Shown here piece by piece: positions 9,557 to 18,088 of a stretch of DNA of 52,911 bases. Both the position numbers and the translations under genes were made by a program. Source of the stretch: Candidatus Firestoneibacteriota bacterium (GTDB lineage Bacteria > Oederibacteriota > D2-FULL-39-29 > JBDRBU01). Positions within the stretch are counted from its first letter, which is position 1. Each line of letters begins with the position of its first letter. Below the pieces are notes generated by a model. It had not been told where the DNA came from. It worked only from the letters and a program-made list of their open reading frames with translations, and ran no database searches. The DNA is taken from positions 1 through 52,911 of the forward strand of contig JBDRBU010000034.1 of assembly GCA_043822305.1 (NCBI GenBank), read 5' to 3'.

Positions 9557-11266
9557 TTGAAGAAAAGGGGGTTATTCTTGGGTAGGCCTTTAGGAGAAAT
9601 ATTAATAGAAGAAGGTTTAATCACACCTCTCCAGTTAGAAAAATCCATGGCTGAACAAAAAGCCACCGGTAAACGATTAGGACATTCTTTAATAGATTTA
9701 GGTTATATTACTGAAGATAATTTGCTGAAAATTTTAGGTAAACAGTTGGATTATCCTACTGTAAATTTAAATGATACAATAATTGAGCCAGAGATAATCA
9801 AATTAATCCCGGAAGATATTTGTCGAAGGTCCAAGGTATTGCCATATCAAGTAGAAAATAATACAGTATTCTTAGCCATGGTTGACCCGCTTGATTTCAG
9901 AGTTATAAATGATATAAAGTTTTTAATTCATAAAAATGTAAAAGCGGTGATTGCCAGTGAAAAAGCTTTAACTATAGCCATCAGCAGGTATTATGGTCTA
10001 CCGGATGAGATGCGAGATATAGTAAAACAGATCGATAATAAGTTACTTCAAGAAGGTCAGACGGGTGAAGTAGAAAAACTCCAGGAAATCGCAGAAGATG
10101 CACCAATAATTAAAATAGTGGATTTGATTATAATGAATGCTGTTATGGAAAGAGCAACTGATATTCATATTGAGCCTTTTGAAAAAAATATGCGTATCAG
10201 ATATAGAAAGGATGGAATATTGCGGGAAATTCCTTCCCCGCCGGTGGCATTATACCCGGCCATTATTTCTCGTATAAAAATCATGTCAAGATTGGATATT
10301 GCAGAAACAAGACTTCCGCAGGACGGACGTATGTCGAAAAAAGTTTCAGGAAGAGAAGTCGATTTTCGTGTTTCTATAATTCCAAATCAGTTCGGAGAAA
10401 GAATTGTTCTAAGAATCTTAGATAGAGGAGCTACTCTTCTTGATTTAGAAAAGTTAGGGATGGAAGGTGATGATCTGAAAAAATTTGCGGAAGCAATAAA
10501 TAAACCATATGGAATGATTTTAATAAGTGGACCAACTGGTTCTGGAAAAACCACCACACTTTATGCTTCTTTAAATAAAATATATAGTATGGAAGATAAT
10601 ATTTTAACCATAGAAGACCCAATAGAATACTCTTTCTTTGGCATAGGACAGGTTGAGGTAAAGGAAGAAATTGGTCTAACTTTTGCCAGGGTGCTTAGAA
10701 GTTTTTTAAGGCATGACCCTGATATTATTTTACTTGGTGAAATGCGTGATTTTGAGACAGCAGATATTTCTATTCGTTCTGCTTTAACCGGACATCTGGT
10801 TTTTAGCACTATTCACACTAATGACGCTCCAAGTTCTGTAACAAGATTAATAGATATGGGTATAGAGCCGTTTTTAATCAATTCATGTGTTATTATGGTT
10901 ATGGCTCAAAGACTTGTAAGAAAATCCTGCGAGCATTGTAAAGAATCTTACGAGATGACACCGGATGCGCAACTGGCTACATTTGGTGTAGTTTTAGAGA
11001 AAAAGAATATTACTTTTTACAAAACAAAAGGATGTGAAATCTGCGGAAACACGGGTTACCGTGGTCGTATAGCTATTTTTGAAATAATGATGATGGATGA
11101 TGAGATAAAAACTTTAGTGGCTAAGAAAGTAGAACCACATGAAATAAAAAAAGTTGCCATGGAACGTGGAATGCGTACATTATTCCAAAGAGGTGTATCG
11201 CTGGCCTTAAGAGGAATAACTACTGTTGATGAGGTTATAAAAGTAGCCGGAACGGCTCTAGAATAG
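9557..11266 (+). CDS. pilB: PilB/GspE assembly ATPase
   Basis: MshEN-like N-terminus (LGEILIEEGLITPLQL), Walker A GPTGSGKTTT, TIEDPIEY, GEMRD, STIHTNDA, two CxxC motifs. Confidence 0.92.
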   Translation: MKKRGLFLGRPLGEILIEEGLITPLQLEKSMAEQKATGKRLGHSLIDLGYITEDNLLKILGKQLDYPTVNLNDTIIEPEIIKLIPEDICRRSKVLPYQVENNTVFLAMVDPLDFRVINDIKFLIHKNVKAVIASEKALTIAISRYYGLPDEMRDIVKQIDNKLLQEGQTGEVEKLQEIAEDAPIIKIVDLIIMNAVMERATDIHIEPFEKNMRIRYRKDGILREIPSPPVALYPAIISRIKIMSRLDIAETRLPQDGRMSKKVSGREVDFRVSIIPNQFGERIVLRILDRGATLLDLEKLGMEGDDLKKFAEAINKPYGMILISGPTGSGKTTTLYASLNKIYSMEDNILTIEDPIEYSFFGIGQVEVKEEIGLTFARVLRSFLRHDPDIILLGEMRDFETADISIRSALTGHLVFSTIHTNDAPSSVTRLIDMGIEPFLINSCVIMVMAQRLVRKSCEHCKESYEMTPDAQLATFGVVLEKKNITFYKTKGCEICGNTGYRGRIAIFEIMMMDDEIKTLVAKKVEPHEIKKVAMERGMRTLFQRGVSLALRGITTVDEVIKVAGTALE

Positions 11267-11279
11267 AGAGGGACAGAAG

Positions 11280-11513
11280 GTAAATCATCAGTGAAAGCCG
11301 TGAGGATTGTATTTCCGTATTCCCCCTTTGTTAAGGGGGATCAAGGGGGTTGTTGTGTTATGAATGTTTATTATAATTCAAAATTGAAATTTCGTGTAAG
11401 AGAACTTAACCATAAAATATTGTTTAGCAAACTGAAACTTGTAATTAAACAACCCCCTAACCCCCTTTATTAAGGGGGAATTAAAAAATAGAGGGCTTTT
11501 ACTGAATATTTAC
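11280..11513. mobile_element. MITE-like element, copy 2 (234 bp)
   Basis: Imperfect 20-bp TIRs GTAAATCATCAGTGAAAGCC / GGCTTTTACTGAATATTTAC; inner inverted CCCCCTTTnTTAAGGGGG palindromes. Confidence 0.85.
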
Positions 11514-11523
11514 TAAAAAAGTA

Positions 11524-11552
11524 TAGACAAATTAAAAAAAATTGTGTAAAAT
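11524..11552 (+). promoter_or_regulatory. Sigma70-type promoter upstream of pilC
   Basis: TAGACA-17 bp-TAAAAT. Confidence 0.5.
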
Positions 11553-11595
11553 ACATTATAAATATTCCTGATTAAAGGAATTGGAGGCGGGCAAA

Positions 11596-12840
11596 ATGCC
11601 AATATTTCAATATATAGCAGTTGATGCTGATGGTAAGGAATATAAAGGAGTAATGGAAGCAGAAAGTAAAGACTCTGCTGCCACAAAACTTCAGCGTCAA
11701 AGATTAATGGTCACAACTTTAAAAAGAAAATGGATTGTGGCTGAGTGGTTTAAGAAAGCTTCTGCGGGTCAGATAAAGAGAGCAGATATTTTACTTTTCA
11801 GTAGACAATTAGCCACCCTGGTTAAAGCAAGAATTCCGATTGAACAGTGTTTGGAAGTTTTAATTGGTCAGATACAGAATGTAGAGTTTCAAAATGTGAT
11901 AAAGCAAGTTCGTTCTGATGTTATCTCTGGTACTCCTCTTTCAACAGCATTAGGAAAATATTCTAAAATTTTTAGCCCTCTTTATATCGGAATGCTTAAA
12001 GCAGGAGAAGCCTCTGGAAAACTTCCTGAAATTTTGGTTAGAACAGCAAGGTTTATGGAAAGAACAGCAAGATTGGTAAGTAGAGTTAAAGCCGCCATGA
12101 TTTATCCGGTACTTGTTATTTGTGTAGGTATTGTTGTTATTACTTTCATCATGGTAGGTGTTATCCCACAATTTGAATCTATGTATGCTACATTTAAAGG
12201 AGACCTCCCGCTAATAACAAAAATTATGATTTTTATTAGCAGGGAACTATTAGGCAAATATGTTTTTGCCATGCCATATTTTATTATAGAAGCAATTGCT
12301 TTAGTGTTTATAATTTTAGGATTAAGGAGTTTGCTTAAAGCTGAAAAAAGTAGATATAAGATTGATGAATTTATTTTACAGATTCCGGTCTTAGGATCAT
12401 ATCTTCAAAAAGTTATATTTGCAAAATTTTCTCAAACATTAGGAATATTAGTCAGTAATGGTGTGCCTATACTTGAATCCTTAAGTTTAGTTGCAAAAAT
12501 AGTTGGCAATAAGCCAGTAGAATCTTCTATCCTGGAAGCCAGAGAAAAAATTAAAGAAGGAGAAAAAATAGCAGATACATTAAAGAAAGGGAAATTCTTT
12601 CCACCTTTAGTTGTTCAAATGGTTAATGTTGGCGAGCAGACTGGAAAACTTGGTGAAGTTTTAGAACAGATTTCAGAATTTTATGAAGAAGAAGTAGAGA
12701 TATCAACTCAAGCACTTGTATCTATTATAGAACCACTTTTAATATTAGGCTTAGCCGGAGTAGTGGCCATTATAGTTGTGTCCTTATATTTACCAATATT
12801 TAGAATGTATTCCCAGATGAGTAAAGTAAAACCTTATTAA
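11596..12840 (+). CDS. pilC: PilC/GspF platform protein
   Basis: FSRQLATLV, GEASGKL, AAMIYP, GEQTGKL and LYLPIF motifs; GGAGG SD before ATG 11596. Confidence 0.92.
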   Translation: MPIFQYIAVDADGKEYKGVMEAESKDSAATKLQRQRLMVTTLKRKWIVAEWFKKASAGQIKRADILLFSRQLATLVKARIPIEQCLEVLIGQIQNVEFQNVIKQVRSDVISGTPLSTALGKYSKIFSPLYIGMLKAGEASGKLPEILVRTARFMERTARLVSRVKAAMIYPVLVICVGIVVITFIMVGVIPQFESMYATFKGDLPLITKIMIFISRELLGKYVFAMPYFIIEAIALVFIILGLRSLLKAEKSRYKIDEFILQIPVLGSYLQKVIFAKFSQTLGILVSNGVPILESLSLVAKIVGNKPVESSILEAREKIKEGEKIADTLKKGKFFPPLVVQMVNVGEQTGKLGEVLEQISEFYEEEVEISTQALVSIIEPLLILGLAGVVAIIVVSLYLPIFRMYSQMSKVKPY

Positions 12841-12868
12841 AAAAAATAAAAAAGGAGGTGAAAATTAA

Positions 12869-13360
12869 ATGAAAAAACAGAAAGGATTTACGCTAATAGA
12901 GTTAATGATAGTCATAGCCATAATCGGGTTACTTATTGCTATAGTCATACCTGATTTACTTAAGACAAGAAGGGAGTCAGAAATACAATCCTGCAGTGCA
13001 TCATTAAGAGGAGTGCAATCATCTTTGGAGTTGTATTACACACATTATAAGTATTATCCAGAGAAGTTAATAACTTTGATCACAGAAGGATATTTATCAG
13101 AGGGTTCAAATATGGACCCATGGCACATGTCATATGAATATCAACCACTTTATGCCGGAGGAGAGGGTGATACAGGGAGTGGAGAAGGGAAGACAGCATC
13201 CAACTATTTATTAGGTAGTAATGGACCTGATGGCAAGAAAGGGTCAGATGATGATATAGAGCCACCAATCAACCCAAGTAGACATTCGTTAAAGTCTGGA
13301 GGAAAAGCAGCAGCAGAAGAGACAGATACACCAGCAGAAGAAGAGGTACCAGCAGAATAG
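12869..13360 (+). CDS. Major pilin / GspG-like pseudopilin
   Basis: KG|FTLIELMIVIAIIG class III signal, DPW and SNGPDGKKGSDDDI (GspG-like), strong AGGAGGTGA SD, acidic tail. Confidence 0.85.
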   Translation: MKKQKGFTLIELMIVIAIIGLLIAIVIPDLLKTRRESEIQSCSASLRGVQSSLELYYTHYKYYPEKLITLITEGYLSEGSNMDPWHMSYEYQPLYAGGEGDTGSGEGKTASNYLLGSNGPDGKKGSDDDIEPPINPSRHSLKSGGKAAAEETDTPAEEEVPAE

Positions 13361-13368
13361 GAGACATC

Positions 13369-13386
13369 AAAGGGGCAACCTTTTTA
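13369..13386 (+). terminator. Possible weak intrinsic terminator after the major pilin
   Basis: AAAGGG-GCAA-CCTTTTT short hairpin with T tract. Confidence 0.35.
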
Positions 13387-13389
13387 TTC

Positions 13390-13456
13390 CTAACCCTGTA
13401 CCATTCGCAGGTTCAGGTACAGGGTTAGTATTATTTGGTTATATTATGGAAAGTCA
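13390..13456. repeat. 13-bp-stem hairpin fused to a 31-nt B module
   Basis: CTAACCCTGTACC-loop-GGTACAGGGTTAG, overlapping TAGTATTATTTGGTTATATTATGGAAAGTCA (13426-13456). Confidence 0.75.
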
Positions 13457-13469
13457 AGGAGTAAGTTAA

Positions 13470-14015
13470 ATGAAAATAAAAAATAAAGAAATATTTTTGA
13501 AAAGTGAAAAAGGTTTAACTCTTATTGAGGTTCTAATTGCCATGGCTTTTGTCGCGCTTCTATATGCTTTTGTTGTTCAGATATTCTTCCATGGGTATAA
13601 AAATATTACAAGAGGAGATATACAGGATGAAGGTGTCCGACTTGCAAAAAATGAGATGGTAAGATTATCAAGTATAGAGAATCCTTTGTATATTGGTTTA
13701 CAGTATAAAGATGATGGAGAAACCTACATCAATGATTTAAAGACAAAAAAGATAACCCCATATGATTTAGTTGATATGGGAGTGATTAAAATAACAATAA
13801 AAGAAGTATTAGTCACTGAGACTTCGGCTACAGAAGGTGCAGATGAGATAAAGAAGGCATCTAATGAGAGAGCAAATTATGTTCGAGTAGTAGAATGGCA
13901 AGTGAACGATGTTGACCCTGTTTTAGTGCATCTTTGGGTGTCTGTGAAATGGACTGATCCGCAGGGTGAATTTAAAAGCGACGAGTATGTTTTAGAAACT
14001 ATGTTATCCCCGTAG
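13470..14015 (+). CDS. Minor pilin (prepilin N-terminal methylation domain)
   Basis: EKG|LTLIEVLIAM class III signal. Confidence 0.8.
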   Translation: MKIKNKEIFLKSEKGLTLIEVLIAMAFVALLYAFVVQIFFHGYKNITRGDIQDEGVRLAKNEMVRLSSIENPLYIGLQYKDDGETYINDLKTKKITPYDLVDMGVIKITIKEVLVTETSATEGADEIKKASNERANYVRVVEWQVNDVDPVLVHLWVSVKWTDPQGEFKSDEYVLETMLSP

Positions 14016-14047
14016 ATTTTACAGCGATTTGTTAAGAGGTGATAATT

Positions 14048-14953
14048 ATGGAACCCTCTAATAATAAAAAAAGTGGTTTTACCCACGCACCACTAAAGGG
14101 TGCGGGGTTTACATTATTAGAATTAGTTGTAGCCATGGGATTATCTTTTTTAGTCATGCTTGGTATTTATATGGCTTATTTTATATCTTCTACCTTCTTT
14201 AAAAGGGGAACAGATTCTATTCAAGAACAAATGTATGTCAGGACGCTTTTTTCTAGAATAGCGGATGATTTGCAATTTTTATCAAGGTTAAATACTTTAT
14301 CAGAAAATCAAGATGAATTAGAATTTGAGATATTTAATAGAAGAATTGTAAAGACGGATTCAAATACCAATGATAAATTAGTGGAAGGAAATGTTGTAAA
14401 TTATAAGACAGAAGAATCAAAAGATTTTGGAGGTATATCATTTTCAATTCTAAAAAAAGAAATAGATAAGTATGAATGGTGGCAGAGATTTAGCCACAGT
14501 CAGAAGCCAAATGACAGTGAGGATATAGATCCAGCCTGGCGAGGGTACCCGGATGATATGAGAGATTCAACATATGGAAAGCAGGTTACTGACCAGGGAG
14601 GTCTTGAAGAAATTTTAGAACAAGAAAAAGGAAAAGAGTTTTTGATATCAAATATTAAGTTTGAGGCATACAATAATCTTGGTCAAAAGATTGAAGGTGG
14701 AGGGGACTATTCAACATTAAAAACAGCAAGAAGCATGAAAGTTGAAATAAAATATAGGGTATATGGAAGATATGGTGAAATGTTACGAGAAAAAGTGAAT
14801 GAAAAAACTGTTTCAACAACAATTCATTTTATTAATTTTTCAATACTTAACCCATTAGAAGATGAAGAACAGCCAGAGGAGACTAACAAACGCCCAAGTC
14901 CATTTTTGTCTAATTTTTTTGCAAAAGCATTTTTTTTTCGGATAAGATATTAA
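14048..14953 (+). CDS. Minor pilin (PilW/GspJ-like) with duplicated GFT cleavage motif
   Basis: KKSGFTHAPLKGAG|FTLLELVVAM; GAGGTGA SD before ATG 14048. Confidence 0.8.
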   Translation: MEPSNNKKSGFTHAPLKGAGFTLLELVVAMGLSFLVMLGIYMAYFISSTFFKRGTDSIQEQMYVRTLFSRIADDLQFLSRLNTLSENQDELEFEIFNRRIVKTDSNTNDKLVEGNVVNYKTEESKDFGGISFSILKKEIDKYEWWQRFSHSQKPNDSEDIDPAWRGYPDDMRDSTYGKQVTDQGGLEEILEQEKGKEFLISNIKFEAYNNLGQKIEGGGDYSTLKTARSMKVEIKYRVYGRYGEMLREKVNEKTVSTTIHFINFSILNPLEDEEQPEETNKRPSPFLSNFFAKAFFFRIRY

Positions 14954-14954
14954 T

Positions 14955-14977
14955 GTAGTCGCAGACTTTAGCCTGCG
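14955..14977 (+). repeat. GTAG-type REP (GTAGTCGCAGRCTTTAGCCTGCG family)
   Basis: GTAG followed by an imperfect palindrome; copies at 18024-18046 (-), 29408-29430, and expanded forms at 39294 and 40263. Confidence 0.8.
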
Positions 14978-14997
14978 AAAGAAAGGGGTAAAAGAAC

Positions 14998-16626
14998 TTG
15001 GCCAAGAATATAAGCACAGGAATAGATATAGGCAGCAGCCAGTTGAGAGTAGTTCAATTAAGAAAAACTCAGCATGGTGTAAAAATAGAAAGGTATTTTA
15101 TAGAAAATTATAATCTCTCACCTAAAGATTTGGAATCTCCGGATATTAAAAAGAGTAAAATATTAGAAATATTAAGCAAAATTTTTAAGGAAATTAAGCC
15201 GCTTAATGTAATATCTACAGTGGCCAAAGGTGAAGATAATGTCCGAACAATTTCAATGCCTTTAATACCAGAAAAATCTTTACGAGAAGCATTAAAATGG
15301 GGAGGACAACCAGACTACATTCCATTTGATTTAAAGGAAATGATATGGGATATTAATATTTCTCAGGTTTTTAGAAGAAAAGAAGAGATTAAAACAGATG
15401 GAAAAGAAAAAATGGATGTGGTTCTTGTTATTTCAAAGAAGGAAGTGGTAAATCGGTACTTAGATATTGTTGAGAATTTAAAATTTTCTGTAGATATATT
15501 AGAATCCAATGTGCTGGCTGGCATAAATTTCTCTTGTTTTAATTCGGTAGTACCCGGAGAGAAAATATGGACTAAAATAGATTTTGGAGCAGAAACTACA
15601 GCCATTAATATATTAGAGGGAAACAATTTAAGACTCAGTTTAAATGTTCCCTGGGGAGTAAATGATACAATTGAGACAGTTCAATCAGTTTTAAATAAAA
15701 ACTGGGAAGAATCTATTGAATTTATTAAAGGGTTGGATTTTTCTAAGGATATTGGTTCACAGGATGAATCTACGCGGAAGGTTTTTCAGGTTTTAGAACC
15801 TAAAATAAAAGATTTTTTAAGACAATTAAGCGGTGCTTTTGGTTTTTATGAAAGCAAACATCCTGGGAAAACTGTAGCTGATGTTTTGCTGAGTGGCGGA
15901 GGTGCTAATTTATTAGGAATTGACAAGTATTTAATGGATAAAATTGGCAAACAGGTATATATTGAAAAAATAAATAAAAATTTGATAAGCTTTGAAAAAA
16001 AAGAAGAGGAGAAATTAAATTCATTAGTTTGCTTTCTGGATGTGGCCATAGGTGCTGCCCTTAGAAACTTATTACCCGTCAAGAATAATGTAAATTTACT
16101 TCCTGTAGAAATAATAATAGGTAGGAAATTAAAAAGCAGAAGGTTTTCTATAATGACAGTGGCTAGTATATTGTTTCTAATATTACTTGCTGGTTCTGTG
16201 TGTAAATTTAATGAAAGAGGAAAAGTTGTAAAGGAAATAAAAATATTACAATCAGATTTTTTAGCAATTTCGGCGGAAACCAATGAACTTTATAAAATGA
16301 GTCAAGCTATTGATTCATTTAAAGAGACAGAAAGAGAGTACGGATATGTAAAAAAGAATATGATCCCTTGGAATAGTATAATTTATGAACTTGTAAGTCT
16401 AGTCCCGGATAAGACACAACTTAGCCATGCTTCGTGGGATATGAGTGGTTTTAAGACAAACGGTAAATGTCCCAAAAAAAATGACCAGGTAAAACAATTT
16501 ATTGATAATACAGAGCAATCTAAATATTTTAAAGGTTTAACAGCTCCGGCTACTAGACCTTCAGGAGAAGACATAACATTTTCAACAGGTAAACGTGAAG
16601 ACAGGAGAAAGAATGTCGGGAAGTAG
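14998..16626 (+). CDS. PilM-like protein fused to a PilN-like domain
   Basis: GIDIGS, DFGAETT, LSGGGA and AIGAALR (PilM), followed in-frame by VNLLP, a TM helix and a coiled coil (PilN). Confidence 0.8.
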   Translation: MAKNISTGIDIGSSQLRVVQLRKTQHGVKIERYFIENYNLSPKDLESPDIKKSKILEILSKIFKEIKPLNVISTVAKGEDNVRTISMPLIPEKSLREALKWGGQPDYIPFDLKEMIWDINISQVFRRKEEIKTDGKEKMDVVLVISKKEVVNRYLDIVENLKFSVDILESNVLAGINFSCFNSVVPGEKIWTKIDFGAETTAINILEGNNLRLSLNVPWGVNDTIETVQSVLNKNWEESIEFIKGLDFSKDIGSQDESTRKVFQVLEPKIKDFLRQLSGAFGFYESKHPGKTVADVLLSGGGANLLGIDKYLMDKIGKQVYIEKINKNLISFEKKEEEKLNSLVCFLDVAIGAALRNLLPVKNNVNLLPVEIIIGRKLKSRRFSIMTVASILFLILLAGSVCKFNERGKVVKEIKILQSDFLAISAETNELYKMSQAIDSFKETEREYGYVKKNMIPWNSIIYELVSLVPDKTQLSHASWDMSGFKTNGKCPKKNDQVKQFIDNTEQSKYFKGLTAPATRPSGEDITFSTGKREDRRKNVGK

Positions 16627-17929
16627 TGAAAAAAAAGGATTAAGTATTTGGTTGGAAGAATTTAATATAAACAAAACAGATATTATAATATATTCTGTTA
16701 ATCTGGGAATTTTAATAATTTTAATAATAATGTTTATTTTAATTTCTAATGATTTACAAAACAAGATTGGACAAAGAAGAAGTAATGCTAAAAAGTATGA
16801 AAAAGCTTTAACCTTAAAAAGCGAAGCGGATAAGATTAAATTAGCCTACAGCACCTTGCCTAAAGTTTGCGAGATCTTATTAGACAAATTTGTGGCTCAA
16901 AATGAAATGTCCGATTTTGTTGAATATGTTAAAACAATGGCGACTACATTTAAAGGGAAAGAAATATCTGCTTCTCCGTCTCCGACATCTTTTGAAGAAA
17001 AAATATTCTCCGTACCTGATGAAGTTGCAGATTTTTTTGTGGAAAAAGGGGTGTTTAAAGAGAACGATTTTATTCTAACACAAAAAGGTAAAAACATGAA
17101 AGTTGTTTTTACTAAACAACCATTAAGGATTGACATGGGAATGAGTTTGGGTAATTTACTTGCATTTCTTTACTGTTTAGAGAATTCTTCAAAGTATATT
17201 AATGTAGCCAGTTTAAGTTTATCAGGAGGAGGGGAATCTGATTCAGTTAGAGTAAGTATGACTGTAAATGGTTATCAGTTATCCAAGGGATTAATTGATA
17301 GGATTCATTCGATACTTTCTGAAACTCCTCTGGTTATGTTAAAAAATAATATTAAGAAAATATTAGATAAATCTAATTTAAGTGATGAACAATTAAAAGT
17401 AGATATAAAGAATATTTTGAAGGAAGATTTAACACCAGAATCTAAGGAGTTAAAAAATAATATTAATCAAGTTTTGTCTGAGACCAGTTTGGTGAGTGTA
17501 GTCTTGAAAAACAAGATCAAAGAAGTTTTATCTAAAACTCGTAAAAGTAGTGAAATAAAGGTAGTGAAATCACTTCCCAGAGTTTCAAGAGTAACAGAGA
17601 AAAGAGTTCTTAAGGAAGAAGTTGTTAAGTATGATAATAATATTGAACAAAGAGTAAGATCCATACTTTCAGTGCCGGTGCCACCGCCACCGCCACCGCC
17701 ACCCAAACCAGAGAATATTAGGTTTCTAATTATTATGACAGATTTAGTAAGTGTTGATGTTGATGGTAAGACATATCACGCATTCATAGGTAAAGGACCT
17801 TTTAGGTCTATAAAAAAAGAATCTATACCAGGTTTTGAAAATTTAAAAATAATAAAAAAAGATGACAATAAGGATCTTATTATATTAGATAATAATGGTG
17901 TAACATCAGATATTCCATTTAAAAAGTAA
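16613..17929 (+). CDS. PilO-like membrane protein with helical repeats and a poly-Pro linker
   Basis: TM plus coiled coil, LLAFLYCLENSSKYINVASLSL (PilO-like), position after pilMN, P8 run. Confidence 0.55.
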   Translation: MSGSSEKKGLSIWLEEFNINKTDIIIYSVNLGILIILIIMFILISNDLQNKIGQRRSNAKKYEKALTLKSEADKIKLAYSTLPKVCEILLDKFVAQNEMSDFVEYVKTMATTFKGKEISASPSPTSFEEKIFSVPDEVADFFVEKGVFKENDFILTQKGKNMKVVFTKQPLRIDMGMSLGNLLAFLYCLENSSKYINVASLSLSGGGESDSVRVSMTVNGYQLSKGLIDRIHSILSETPLVMLKNNIKKILDKSNLSDEQLKVDIKNILKEDLTPESKELKNNINQVLSETSLVSVVLKNKIKEVLSKTRKSSEIKVVKSLPRVSRVTEKRVLKEEVVKYDNNIEQRVRSILSVPVPPPPPPPPKPENIRFLIIMTDLVSVDVDGKTYHAFIGKGPFRSIKKESIPGFENLKIIKKDDNKDLIILDNNGVTSDIPFKK

Positions 17930-18023
17930 AAAAAGCTGAACAAATTTCAAAAAAATGCTACTAATATAGTAGAAGGGAAATTCAAGTTAGAAGGAGGTGG
18001 TGAAATACAGGGTAGTCTCGATA

Positions 18024-18046
18024 CGCAGGCTAAAGCCTGCGACTAC
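18024..18046 (-). repeat. GTAG-type REP
   Basis: CGCAGGCTAAAGCCTGCGACTAC, the reverse complement of the REP consensus. Confidence 0.8.
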
Positions 18047-18088
18047 AAGAAATAAGGAGAAACAAGGAGAAACGAGGAGGGGAGTGAT

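Noticed and set aside
11291..11473. 60-aa ORF as a functional gene
   Set aside because: It lies wholly inside the MITE and is read through palindromes; it is a remnant at best.
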